DNA of 64,000 nucleotides from an uncultured Thermoleophilaceae bacterium. Lineage in GTDB: Bacteria; Actinomycetota; Thermoleophilia; Solirubrobacterales; Thermoleophilaceae. The translations under genes were made by a program, and so were the position numbers. Position 1 is the stretch's first letter; the number at the start of each line of letters is the position of its first letter. Shown here piece by piece: positions 17,185 through 28,996 of the stretch. The stretch is taken from NCBI GenBank assembly GCA_963814095.1, contig CAWFBT010000016.1, positions 32,000 to 95,999 on the forward strand, given 5' to 3'. The notes below the pieces were generated by a model. It did no database searches. It had not been told where the DNA came from and saw only the letters and a list, made by a program, of their open reading frames with translations.

Positions 17185-17837
17185 GAACGGCGGGGCGATG
17201 AGCCTGCTGCTCGGCCGGCTCTAGGGGCGGCCACCTGCAGCGTCGCCCTCATGCCCGCCTCGGCATGACCCGGCAGCGAGCAGAAGAGCGTGTAGCTCCC
17301 GGCGGCCAGCGACATCCCGGCGGCGGTGTAGACACCGGGGTCGGTCTCGGGGAAGTGATGCGCCGGCGTTCCTCCCCCCGCGGGCGCCACGACGAGGTCA
17401 TGCGGATCCTCGCCGGCGTTGCGTAGCTCGACTGTCACGAGCCCTGCGCCGACGAGCGGCCGCGAGAGCGCGAGCCGCCATTCACTGGACGTGACCGCGA
17501 CGTAGTCGGGGAGCGGCTGGACCGGGCCGGGTGAGCCGGGTGACCCCGGCGTGCTCGGCGTGCCCTGCCCGGGCTCCGCATTGCGGGGCGCCGGTCCGCG
17601 GCCGACGTCCACCAGCCGGTCGAACCACACCGGCCCCGAGCGCAGGCCGAGCCGCGTGTGCCGGCACGAGCGGCGCCGGGTCTTCGTCCGTCCGCGGGCC
17701 GCGCAGCGGCGCGGCTTGCGCTTCGCCGCTGCCACGACGTCCTCGGACGGCTTCGCCACGACCTCCTCCTCGGCCGCCGCGACCGGCGCCACGGGCAGGA
17801 CGAGCAGGGCCGCGAGGAGCGCGGCGCTCCGCCTCAC
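17163..17837 (-). CDS. Cupredoxin (type-1 copper) domain protein, secreted
   Basis: GTG start overlaps the stop of the upstream gene (GTGA). Signal-like RRSAALLAALLVLPVAPVAAA, a K/R-rich Cys-containing linker, then the C-terminal copper site FCSLPGHAEAGM. The 3' end overlaps the convergent gene by 22 nt. Confidence 0.7.
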   Translation of the reverse strand: MRRSAALLAALLVLPVAPVAAAEEEVVAKPSEDVVAAAKRKPRRCAARGRTKTRRRSCRHTRLGLRSGPVWFDRLVDVGRGPAPRNAEPGQGTPSTPGSPGSPGPVQPLPDYVAVTSSEWRLALSRPLVGAGLVTVELRNAGEDPHDLVVAPAGGGTPAHHFPETDPGVYTAAGMSLAAGSYTLFCSLPGHAEAGMRATLQVAAPRAGRAAGSSPRRSQRGRAR

Positions 17838-19198
17838 TGCAGTACGAGCTGCGGGCGGGTGAACGCGCCCGCGTTCGGGATGATCCCGTCGGCGCTCACG
17901 CCCAGCCACTGCTCGAGCAGCGCGCAGTAGACGCCCCGGAAGTCGGACGTGTGGCGCAGGTTGCTGCGGTTGTCGAGCTGAGCGAGCCCGGGGAAGCCGC
18001 CGACGACCTGGCCACTCGCCTGCGAGCCGATCACGAAGCCGGCGCCTGCCGCGCCGTGATCGGTGCCGCCGGCGTTCTCCTGCGGGCGGCGGCCGAACTC
18101 GCTCCACACGTGCACGAGCACGCGATCGGCGAGGCCGCTCGCCTCGAGGTCACGCTGGAAGGCGCGCAGCGAGTCGCCCACCTCCTGCAGATCCCCCGGC
18201 AGCGTGGCCAGCTGGTTCGAGTGCGTGTCGTAGCCGCCCGACTCGAGTGCGACCACCTTCAGCGGCAGGCCGGCCTGGAGCAGCTTCACGATCCACGCGA
18301 GCCGCCGGCCGAAGCCGGTGTTCGGGTAGCCGGCCGGCAGCGTGATCGCCGAGTTGAAGGGCGCGAGCTGTTCGCGCAGGCGGCCGGTCGCAGCCACCGC
18401 CGCGCGCGCCTGGCTCAGGCCGGCGTCGCTCGTGGGTGGATCGCCCATGTCGGTGAATGCGTCCAGCATGCCGCTGTAGACGGACCCGACGTCGTTCGTC
18501 CAGAAGTCGTACTCATCCGGCTGCGAGACCGTCGCAATCGGCACGTCGCGCGCCGCGAGCGCGGGCTGCAGGTCCCAGCCGAGCGTCAGTCCTTGCAGCG
18601 GATTGTCCGGTGCGCCGTGGCTGTCGAGGTAGCGGCCGAGCCAGCCCCAGCGGCCGAATGGGTTGAGCTCACCGACCTCCCAGTAGTGACGGCTCGTGAA
18701 GTGCGACTGGTTGGGATCGGTGTAGCCGATCGCCGGCAGCAAGGTCACCTTCTGCTCGGCGTCGAGCTCGGCGAGGCCCGCGAGCGCCGGGTGCCAGCGC
18801 AGCGTCGTGTCGACCCGCACGTCCGCGCCCTGCCCCTCGGCAAGCCCGAGGTCCGGGCGCAGCGCCGCGTACGGCGGGTGGCTCGCCTGCTTCGGGGCGA
18901 GCATCGAGAGCGAATCGGCCCCGCCCGAGAGGAAGATCGAGACGAGCACATGCTCGCCGGACGCCTGCGCAGACGCCGCCGAGATGCCCTCCTCGAACTG
19001 GCGCGGGCCCATGCTCGCGGCTCCGTAGACCGCGAGTGCGAGACCGGCCGACCGCGAGATGAACTTGCGCCGCGAGAGCCCGGTGCCCGCCGGCAGCGGC
19101 ATGCCCGGCTCGATGGCCGGCAGGCCACGGCCCGCCTCGGCGGCTGCGCGACGCAGCAGCTGGGTCCGCGAGTAGTCATTGCATCCACAGTTGGGCAT
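17834..19198 (-). CDS. DUF1501 family protein (sulfatase/alkaline-phosphatase-like fold), Tat signal
   Basis: Inner ATG MPNCGCNDYSRTQLL…; twin-arginine motif SRRKFISRSAGLALAVYGAAS; …SGGYDTHSNQ…TDHGAAG typical of DUF1501. A 2-nt gap separates it from the upstream DUF1800 gene. Confidence 0.85.
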   Translation of the reverse strand: MPNCGCNDYSRTQLLRRAAAEAGRGLPAIEPGMPLPAGTGLSRRKFISRSAGLALAVYGAASMGPRQFEEGISAASAQASGEHVLVSIFLSGGADSLSMLAPKQASHPPYAALRPDLGLAEGQGADVRVDTTLRWHPALAGLAELDAEQKVTLLPAIGYTDPNQSHFTSRHYWEVGELNPFGRWGWLGRYLDSHGAPDNPLQGLTLGWDLQPALAARDVPIATVSQPDEYDFWTNDVGSVYSGMLDAFTDMGDPPTSDAGLSQARAAVAATGRLREQLAPFNSAITLPAGYPNTGFGRRLAWIVKLLQAGLPLKVVALESGGYDTHSNQLATLPGDLQEVGDSLRAFQRDLEASGLADRVLVHVWSEFGRRPQENAGGTDHGAAGAGFVIGSQASGQVVGGFPGLAQLDNRSNLRHTSDFRGVYCALLEQWLGVSADGIIPNAGAFTRPQLVLQ

Positions 19199-19200
19199 GG

Positions 19201-20946
19201 TCAGCTCGTCTGGAGGTCGGGGGAGGCGTAGATCAGGACCCGCAGCGCGTTCTGGCGCCAGGCGCGATAGCGGTTGCGGTTGATGCCGGTCAGGTTCCCG
19301 GGCACGCTGGAGGCGGCGAAGGCGGCGAGGATCGCGAGCGTCTCGGGCGTTATGTCCGGGTTGCCCCAGAAGGCGCGCGCAGTGGCGAGCGCGTGCTCGG
19401 GCGTCTCGTCGACGCTGTACGAGTTGATCGCGGTGCCGGTGAGATGGCGCCCCTCGTACGCGCGCCGAACGAGCTCCCAGCGTCCCTTGACCGTCATCGT
19501 GTCGAGCCAGCGCGTGTCGTCCCAGCCCGCCACGTCGGGCGGGTAGAAGAGCCGCTGGCCGGCGTCGTCCGACTGCCAGATCAGGTCCTCGCGATCGACC
19601 GTGCGCTGCAGCCGGCGGTACAGGCCCGCGAGGAACACGACCGGCGGCTTGACCATGCGCTGGCCCTGGTGCAGGTCGGGGTGCAGCAGGATCGCCTCGA
19701 GCACGGGGCGTATCTGGTAGCCGCTGTAGACGTAGAGGCCCTCGAGCGCCCGGCGGTCGCCGTCCGAGGGCGGCGTGGCGATGAAGTAGCGCCACAGCTT
19801 GTCGACGAAGAACGACGGGTGCATCCGGTGGCCGACGCAGAGGCGCAGCGCGTCCTCCCAGTTCCACTTGCCGGACTCGCCGAACACCGTCTTCACACCG
19901 GCGTCGTGGCGAGCCGGGTCGAAGCGGAAGTTGTGGTAGAGCTGCTCGGAGCTCCAGGAGCTGCGCCAGCCGGTCAGGGCCCGCGCGAGCTCGCGCACGT
20001 CGGTCTCCGTGTACGCGCCGCGGTCTGCGCCGAGCGTGAACAGCTCCATCAGCTCACGCGCGTAGTTCTCGTTGGGCCGGCCCTTGGCGTTCTGATCCTG
20101 GTTGAGCCAGACGATCATCGCGCCGTCCGTCGTCACGTCGCGGACGAGCTGATCGAAGCGGCCGAAGGCGTGGCGCCGGAACATCTCGTTCTGCGCGAGC
20201 ATCAGCTCCTGATCGCCCACGCCGTCGTTGGAGGTGGCGAACCAGTCGTGCCAGACGAGCGTCATCCGCTCCACGAGCGGCTGGCTCGAGCGGATCATCC
20301 GGTCGAGGAACCAGAGGTGGTCGTGGCCGTAGCGGTCGAGTGGCTTGATCGGGATGACCGGATCGGTCTCGAGCTCGTACGCCCTGTAGACCGGGCCGGC
20401 ACCCGTGAAGACCGGTGCGCCCTCGGGCCGGGTCAGCGCTGCCACCGCCCGGTGCAGCCCCACCGAGGCGAGCAGCTCCGCATGCCCAGGCGAGGGTCCG
20501 AAGCCCGCCCGCCAGAGCAGGCGCTCGGCCTCGCGGACGCCAAAGGGGCCGGAGTGGATCGCGATCGGCGAGCTGAGCTGGAACGGCGGTGCGGGCGGCG
20601 CCGGCGGCGGCGGAACCGGCGCCTTCGGCACGACGCGCGGCTTCGCCGGCTTGCGCTTGCGCTTGCGCGTACACGCTCGCTGCCGGCGCTTGCGGCGCTT
20701 GCGCGCGCTGTCGACGGCGAACGGCGAGTCCGCATCGCTGCGCCGGAGCATGCCGGAGCGTCCTCCCGCCGAGCCGGCGCGCGGGCGGCGCGCCTGCGGG
20801 TAGGAGGACTCGATCGTGGAGCGCTTCGCGCGCCTGCGCCGGCGCTTCGGCGGGCGCTGCGGCGCACAGCGGGGCTTCGTCTTGCGACGCCGCTTCAGCC
20901 TGCGCTTCTTCTTCCGGCGCGCCGCATCCTCGGCGATCGGGTCCAC
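19201..20946 (-). CDS. DUF1800 family protein with extremely basic N-terminal region
   Basis: Conserved core …ERMTLVWHDWFATS…NENYARELMELFTLG…. The start is uncertain: GTG 20946 (includes an AAG-rich Lys/Arg tract that looks coding) or ATG 20751. The ORF-track extension to 21903 runs through purB and is rejected. Confidence 0.75.
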   Translation of the reverse strand: MDPIAEDAARRKKKRRLKRRRKTKPRCAPQRPPKRRRRRAKRSTIESSYPQARRPRAGSAGGRSGMLRRSDADSPFAVDSARKRRKRRQRACTRKRKRKPAKPRVVPKAPVPPPPAPPAPPFQLSSPIAIHSGPFGVREAERLLWRAGFGPSPGHAELLASVGLHRAVAALTRPEGAPVFTGAGPVYRAYELETDPVIPIKPLDRYGHDHLWFLDRMIRSSQPLVERMTLVWHDWFATSNDGVGDQELMLAQNEMFRRHAFGRFDQLVRDVTTDGAMIVWLNQDQNAKGRPNENYARELMELFTLGADRGAYTETDVRELARALTGWRSSWSSEQLYHNFRFDPARHDAGVKTVFGESGKWNWEDALRLCVGHRMHPSFFVDKLWRYFIATPPSDGDRRALEGLYVYSGYQIRPVLEAILLHPDLHQGQRMVKPPVVFLAGLYRRLQRTVDREDLIWQSDDAGQRLFYPPDVAGWDDTRWLDTMTVKGRWELVRRAYEGRHLTGTAINSYSVDETPEHALATARAFWGNPDITPETLAILAAFAASSVPGNLTGINRNRYRAWRQNALRVLIYASPDLQTS

Positions 20947-21023
20947 GTGTGTCGCATCGGCGCGAAGCGATCGCCGGCCTGAGCCCGCTCCGGGCGCCCT
21001 AGTACACCCGTCCGGGGGACGGG

Positions 21024-22307
21024 CTAGGTGATGCGGTCGAGGCGCCCGACGACGGTGCGGGCGTGGCGCACGAAGGCGGCCGGATCGAACAGCGCGTCGA
21101 GATCGAGCTCGGGGGCGGCCTCGGCGAGCAGGCCACGAAATTCGATCCCCTCGTCCCAGGCACGTTGGGCCGCCTGCTGCACCGTCCGGTACGCGTCGTC
21201 GCGCGAGCGCCCCGCCTCGACGAGCGCCAGCAGCGCGCGCTGCGAGTAGAGCGCCCCGTGCGTGGCGTTCAGGTTCGCCCTCATGCGATCGGCATGGACC
21301 GTCATCCCCTCGACCACTCGCACGGCCAGGTGCTGCGCGTAGTCGAGGAGGATCGTGGCGTCGGGCAGCGTCACGCGCTCGACGGACGAGTGCGAGATAT
21401 CGCGCTCGTGCCAGAGCGCCACGTTCTCGAGCCCGGTGAGCGCGTACGCGCGCAGCAGCCGCGCGATCCCGGTGATGCGCTCGGTCACGATCGGGTTGCG
21501 CTTGTGCGGCATCGCCGAGGAGCCCTTCTGCGCCCCCTCCCGGAACGGCTCCTCGACCTCGCGCACCTCGGTGCGCTGCAGGTGGCGGATCTCCGTGGCG
21601 AAGCGCTCGAGCCCCGCGCCCGCCAGCGCGATCGCCTCGAGCAGCTCGGCGTGGCGGTCGCGCGGCACGACCTGCGTCGACACGTCCTCCCGACCGAGCC
21701 CGAGCCGGCGCAGAACGGCCTCCTCGATATCCGGCTCGTTGGCGGCGTACGTCCCGACCGCGCCCGAGAGCGCCCCCACCGAGACGACCTCGGCCGCGCG
21801 CTCGAGCCGGCGCACGTTGCGGTTCGCCTCGAAGGCGAAGCCGGCGAGCTTGACGCCGAAGGTGGTCGGCTCGGCGTGCACGCCATGGGTGCGGCCGACG
21901 CACAGCGTGTCGACGTGCTCGCGCGCGCGCCGGATGAGCGCGTCGCGGTAATCGTGCGCGCCACCCACGAGCACCATCGCGGCCTGCGAGAGCTGCAGGG
22001 CGAGGCCGGTGTCGAGGACGTCGGAGGAGGTCAGTCCGTGGTGCACCCAGCGGCCCGCTTCGCCGACCGAGCCCGCGACCACGTCGACGAACGCCGCGAC
22101 GTCGTGGTCGGTCACCTTCTCGCGCTCCTTCACGTCCTCGACCGTGAACGAGGCGCGATCGCGAATCACGTCGCCGTCCGCCTCCGGCACGACGCCCCGC
22201 TCGACGAGCGCGTCGACCACGGCCAGCTCCACCTGCAGCCAGGTATCGAGCTTGCGCCGCTCGGACCAGATCGCCCCCATTTCGGGGCGGGTGTAGCGCT
22301 CGATCAC
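21024..22307 (-). CDS. purB: Adenylosuccinate lyase
   Basis: 427 aa, fumarate-lyase family, signature GSSAMPHKRNP. Confidence 0.95.
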   Translation of the reverse strand: MIERYTRPEMGAIWSERRKLDTWLQVELAVVDALVERGVVPEADGDVIRDRASFTVEDVKEREKVTDHDVAAFVDVVAGSVGEAGRWVHHGLTSSDVLDTGLALQLSQAAMVLVGGAHDYRDALIRRAREHVDTLCVGRTHGVHAEPTTFGVKLAGFAFEANRNVRRLERAAEVVSVGALSGAVGTYAANEPDIEEAVLRRLGLGREDVSTQVVPRDRHAELLEAIALAGAGLERFATEIRHLQRTEVREVEEPFREGAQKGSSAMPHKRNPIVTERITGIARLLRAYALTGLENVALWHERDISHSSVERVTLPDATILLDYAQHLAVRVVEGMTVHADRMRANLNATHGALYSQRALLALVEAGRSRDDAYRTVQQAAQRAWDEGIEFRGLLAEAAPELDLDALFDPAAFVRHARTVVGRLDRIT

Positions 22308-22323
22308 CGCCGGCCGTCCCGGG

Positions 22324-22809
22324 TCAGACGCTCAGGATGCGCGCCGCCAGCACGGCGGCGTTCTTCGCGTTGTCGACGCCCACGGTCGCGACCGGCACCC
22401 CGGGCGGCATCTGCGAGATCGCAAGCAGCGCGTCGAGCCCGCCCCCCACCGAGGTCTTCGAGGTGAGCGGCACGCCGATCACGGGCAGGTCCGTGTGCGC
22501 GGCGACGACCCCGGGCAGCGCGGCGGCGAGGCCGGCGCCGGCGATGATCACCTTGAGGCCGCGCATGCGCGCGTTCTTCGCGTAGTCCGCCACCGTGTCC
22601 GGGTCGCGATGCGCGCTCATCACGCGCATCTCGTGGCGGACGCCGAGTTCCTCGAGCTGCGCGGCGGCCTTCTCCATCACGGGCATGTCGCTCTTCGAGC
22701 CCATCACGATGCCGACCTGAGGCGCGTCGTCGACATCGAGATCGTCGAACTGGTGCTCGACCTGAGTTTCGGTGGCGGGCGGTGCGGCCGGGAACTCCTC
22801 GGTGCTCAC
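22324..22809 (-). CDS. purE: N5-carboxyaminoimidazole ribonucleotide mutase
   Basis: 161 aa, [14 protein letters not shown]…[15 protein letters not shown]…. The GTG start overlaps the purD stop (GTGA). Confidence 0.93.
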   Translation of the reverse strand: MSTEEFPAAPPATETQVEHQFDDLDVDDAPQVGIVMGSKSDMPVMEKAAAQLEELGVRHEMRVMSAHRDPDTVADYAKNARMRGLKVIIAGAGLAAALPGVVAAHTDLPVIGVPLTSKTSVGGGLDALLAISQMPPGVPVATVGVDNAKNAAVLAARILSV

Positions 22810-24107
22810 GCCTCGACCCTATCCACTGCCCGCAATGCGATGTCGGTTCGCAGCTGACGGCCGTCGAAGTCGATCTCGCCGGCGGCCGCGTAGGCACGCT
22901 CGCGAGCCTCGGCCGGACCGTCGCCGAGCGCCGTCACCGCGAGCACGCGCCCGCCGGCCGTGACCAGCTCGCCGTCGCGCTCGGCAGTGCCGGCCTGGAA
23001 CACCTCCGCGCCCGCCGACTGGGCCTCCTCGACGCCGGAGATCACGTCGCCCTTGGAACTGGACTCCGGGTATCCGCGCGAAGCGAGCACGAGCGTCACC
23101 GCCCAGTCGTCCGACCACTCCGGCTCGATCCCCTCGAGCCCGCCCAAGCGAGTGGAGGCCTCGAGCAGCTCGAGCAGATCCGAGCGCAGGCGCGGCAGCA
23201 CGGCCTGCGTCTCCGGGTCGCCGAAGCGCGCGTTGTACTCGAGCACCTTGGGTCCCGACGGCCCCATCATCAGGCCCGCATAGAGCACGCCGTGGAAGGG
23301 CGTGCCGCGGCGGCGCAGCTCGTCGACGATCGGCTGGTGGACGATGGCGGCGAGCTCCTGCGCGCGCCCGGCGTCGAAGCCGGGCACCGGCGAGTAGCTG
23401 CCCATGCCACCCGTGTTCGGGCCCTCGTCGCCGTCGAAGATGCGCTTGTAGTCCTGCGCGGGCGCGAGCGGCACGGCGCGCTCGCCGTCGCAGAGCGCGA
23501 GCAGCGACAGCTCCTCGCCCTCGAGGAACTCCTCGAGCACGACCTCGGTGTCGCCGAAGCGCCGCTCGCCGAAGAACACGTCGAGCGCTGCGCGCGCCTC
23601 GCGCTCGTCCGAAGCGATGATCACTCCCTTGCCGGCGGCCAGCACGTCGGCCTTCAGCACCGCCGGATAGGACGCGCAGGCGAGGTGCTCGGCGGCCTCC
23701 TCGCGCGTGCGGAAGAGGACATGCGATGCGGTCGGCACGCCCGTGTCCTTCATCAGCTGCTTGGCGTACGCCTTCGAGCCCTCGATGCGCGCGGCCTCCT
23801 TGCTGGGCCCGAAGGCGGGCACGCCGGCGCTCGCGAGCTCGTCGACGAGGCCGGCCACGAGCGGGGCCTCGGGCCCCACCACGACCAGATCGACCTCGCG
23901 CTCGCGCGCGAGCGCGACGAGGTCGTCGTCAGGCAGGCACTCGACGCCGTCTCTTGCGATGCCCGCGTTGCCGGGCGCACACAGCAGCTCCGGCTCGCGC
24001 GGGCTGCGCAGCAGCGTCCGGACCAGCGCGTGCTCGCGCCCGCCGCCGCCGACCACGAGGAGCCTGGCGCGAGCGGCCGGCTCGGCCGGCTGCGAAGCGA
24101 TTCCCAC
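22806..24107 (-). CDS. purD: Phosphoribosylamine-glycine ligase
   Basis: GTG start ([28 protein letters not shown]…) abuts the stop of the GYD gene (TAGTG). ATP-grasp fold. The longer ORF-track start lies inside the upstream gene. Confidence 0.92.
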   Translation of the reverse strand: MGIASQPAEPAARARLLVVGGGGREHALVRTLLRSPREPELLCAPGNAGIARDGVECLPDDDLVALAREREVDLVVVGPEAPLVAGLVDELASAGVPAFGPSKEAARIEGSKAYAKQLMKDTGVPTASHVLFRTREEAAEHLACASYPAVLKADVLAAGKGVIIASDEREARAALDVFFGERRFGDTEVVLEEFLEGEELSLLALCDGERAVPLAPAQDYKRIFDGDEGPNTGGMGSYSPVPGFDAGRAQELAAIVHQPIVDELRRRGTPFHGVLYAGLMMGPSGPKVLEYNARFGDPETQAVLPRLRSDLLELLEASTRLGGLEGIEPEWSDDWAVTLVLASRGYPESSSKGDVISGVEEAQSAGAEVFQAGTAERDGELVTAGGRVLAVTALGDGPAEARERAYAAAGEIDFDGRQLRTDIALRAVDRVEA

Positions 24108-24388
24108 TAGAGCGCCGCGATGAACTCGTCCACGGGGATCGCGGCGAGCGTCTCGTAGCTGCTGGTCCCGCGCGAGCCCAGCTCCATCGACACGCGCGCG
24201 ATCGTCTTCTCGTCCGGAGCCTCGACGATGTTCACGAAGTCGAAGCGCCCGAGCACGGCCCACTGCGCGGTCACCGTCACCCCCAGCTGCTCGATCTCCT
24301 TGTTGACCTCGCGGATGCGCTGTGGGTTGCTCTTCAACGTCTGCACGCCCTCGGGCGTGAGGGTGGACAGCATCACGAAGGTGGGCAC
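24107..24388 (-). CDS. GYD-domain protein
   Basis: 93 aa, [25 protein letters not shown]…[15 protein letters not shown]… matches my recollection of GYD family proteins. Confidence 0.8.
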   Translation of the reverse strand: MPTFVMLSTLTPEGVQTLKSNPQRIREVNKEIEQLGVTVTAQWAVLGRFDFVNIVEAPDEKTIARVSMELGSRGTSSYETLAAIPVDEFIAAL

Positions 24389-24475
24389 GGTGTTCCTTTC
24401 ACTTGAAACCTACGACGCGCGTGAATGTAGCCTGACGGCGCACAGCGCGCATGACCCCATGATCTGGAGAGTCGA

Positions 24476-25163
24476 ATGAAGCTCCGCCTCACCGCCCTGG
24501 CGATCGTAGCCACGGGTCTCACCGTTCCCGCGACCGCGTCGGCGGCAACCCTCGAGGTCACGCCGGGACTGCCCTGCTACGGCTCAGGCCAGAGCGTCAA
24601 CCTGCTCGGCACGGGCTTCACCCCGAACCTGATGAGCGGCGTCGCCATCACCAGGGACGGCGAGAGCATCGGCTCGCTCTCGACCGATGCGACCGGGGCC
24701 TTCAACGGCTCACTCCGGCTCGGGCAGCGCAACGGACGCCGCACGAGCACCTACACCGCCACCGACACGAGCAACCCGACGCTCACGGCGCTCGACCCAG
24801 ATCACCGTCAGCGAGGCGGACGTGGGACTGCGTCCGAAGAGCGGCGCGCCGGGCCGCAGGGTGCGCATCAAGGCGGTGGGCTTCACGGCAAACGGCGGCA
24901 AGCGGCTCTGGGCCCACGTGACGCGCAACAACAGGACGCGCCACTTGGCCATCGGGAAGCTGGGGGGCGCCTGCAAGTCGCTCACGAAGAAGCGCCGGCT
25001 GCTGCCGCGGGGCGCCCCGGTGGGCGTCTACACCGTCCAGTTCGACGCTTTCCGCAAGTACCAGCCGCGGCGCGCGCAGAGCGTCGGCTTCACGATCACC
25101 GTGCGGCGCGTCGTCAGGCCGGCAGCCGCGGCGAGCGCCGCGGCCTGGTCGCGGCTCTGGTGA
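24476..25163 (+). pseudogene. Secreted protein disrupted by an apparent +1/-1 frameshift near 24790
   Basis: ORF 24476 reads sensibly (signal peptide MKLRLTALAIVATGLTVPATASA…TATDTSNPTLTA) until about 24790, then degenerates. The frame of ORF 24687 reads sensibly from …QITVSEADVGLRPKSGAPGRRVRIKAVGF… to the stop at 25163. Confidence 0.6.
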
Positions 25164-25164
25164 G

Positions 25165-26205
25165 CTAGCCCGGCCAGGCGACGCGCAGCCGGAAGGGGCC
25201 CGCGCCGCCCTGACGGCGCACCGTCACGGTCACGAGCTCGTCCGGCCGGTGCCGGCACCACTCGACGCCGAGCCCGCGGCCGCCGCGCACGGTACGGCCC
25301 GCGGCGGAGCCGGCGCCGCGCACGGTGAGCTCGGCGCGCAGGGCGGCAGGCGCCTTGAGGCGCAGGCGAACGGCGCCGTCGAGGCGCATGCGGATGTGGA
25401 AGCGCCGGGCGCCGCGCCCCTGGCCGAGCCGGCCGCGGAAGATCCGCGAGCGCGGGCCCGTCCAGGGATGCAGCACGTCGCGGCGAATCGCCGCGAACGC
25501 GGCGCGGTCGGGACGCAAGATCGGGTTGTACTGCCAGGGGACGTCCGGGTAGTGGACGTGCGCGTAGCCGTCCGCGAAGCCCTCGCCCGGATCGCTCAGG
25601 TAGTGGTGCCCCTGGTTGCCCGGAAACAGCCGGCCTGCCTCGACGCCCGCGCACACGCGCATCGCGCTCGACCAGTACTTGGCGCCCCAGTCGAGTGCGT
25701 CCCAGGGCCGGTTCGAGCGCCAGCCGGCCACGTGGTGTCCGTACTCGTGCGTGAGCACATACTCGACCGGCACGCCCTGCACGGCCTCGCCGGGGACGTA
25801 CATGCGCTGCTCCGCGACGCCGTAGCAGGCGACGGCCCCCGCGCCACCGCAGAGCCGCTCGATCTCGCTGGGCGCCCCGACGTACACGGAGAGGCTGCCG
25901 AGCTCCGCCCCGTGCAGGCGCGAGTCGAGGAAGTCGACGAGCGCACGGTCGGCGGCGACGCTGTCCGGATACGCGCGCGACACACGCACGCTCACGCTGT
26001 GCCCGTCGGCGGTCGTATACGCGCGCGTGGGCCCGGAGACGCCCGCGGCGCTCGCCACGGGGCCGCTGAGCACCGTGTCCTTCAGGTGGTCGTGCGACGG
26101 AGCGACACCAGCGGGCGCCGCCCACTCGCCCGGCACGTCGCGCTCACGCGCGGCTGGCCGACAGCGGCATCGCCAACAGCGCAGCGACCGTGGCCGCCGC
26201 GGCAA
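25165..26205 (-). CDS. Putative secreted zinc metalloprotease (HExxH)
   Basis: 346-aa ORF with THEYGHH (HExxH). The N-terminus is uncertain; a signal-peptide-like segment lies in another frame (26144..26233). Confidence 0.65.
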   Translation of the reverse strand: MPRRPRSLRCWRCRCRPAARERDVPGEWAAPAGVAPSHDHLKDTVLSGPVASAAGVSGPTRAYTTADGHSVSVRVSRAYPDSVAADRALVDFLDSRLHGAELGSLSVYVGAPSEIERLCGGAGAVACYGVAEQRMYVPGEAVQGVPVEYVLTHEYGHHVAGWRSNRPWDALDWGAKYWSSAMRVCAGVEAGRLFPGNQGHHYLSDPGEGFADGYAHVHYPDVPWQYNPILRPDRAAFAAIRRDVLHPWTGPRSRIFRGRLGQGRGARRFHIRMRLDGAVRLRLKAPAALRAELTVRGAGSAAGRTVRGGRGLGVEWCRHRPDELVTVTVRRQGGAGPFRLRVAWPG

Positions 26206-26333
26206 CCCAGCTGGGGCGACCGAAGAGAACCACGGTCAGGCCAGCGTAGGAGCGACTTGAGGGCGCCGGGCGGAACCTGGACGAACGTATGGGTGCGCCG
26301 CCCCAGCCGGGCAGCGCAGGTCCCCGCCCCGGG

Positions 26334-28871
<2,538 letters not shown>

Positions 28872-28996
28872 AGAAAACCTAAGTGAGCTTATAGCAAGGT
28901 TGCAAGAACGTCCACCCCGGTTTCCGTGCACAATAGGGTGGCGATGGCCCTTCGACTCGCGCTCGCGGCGGCCGCCCTGCTGGCGCGTGCGCGTGC

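Noticed and set aside
17531-19231. 566-aa plus-strand ORF
   Set aside because: It is antisense to the DUF1501 and cupredoxin genes and has no recognisable domain.
28872-28996. HspR operator (HAIR, CTTGAGT-N7-ACTCAAG) or CIRCE upstream of clpB, and likewise upstream of dnaK (37989..38134)
   Set aside because: hspR is present, so I looked for HAIR/CIRCE. I found only weak dyads (AACCT…AGGTT upstream of clpB, ATCTG…CAGAT upstream of dnaK) and a shared TTGCAA. Nothing matches the consensus well enough to call.
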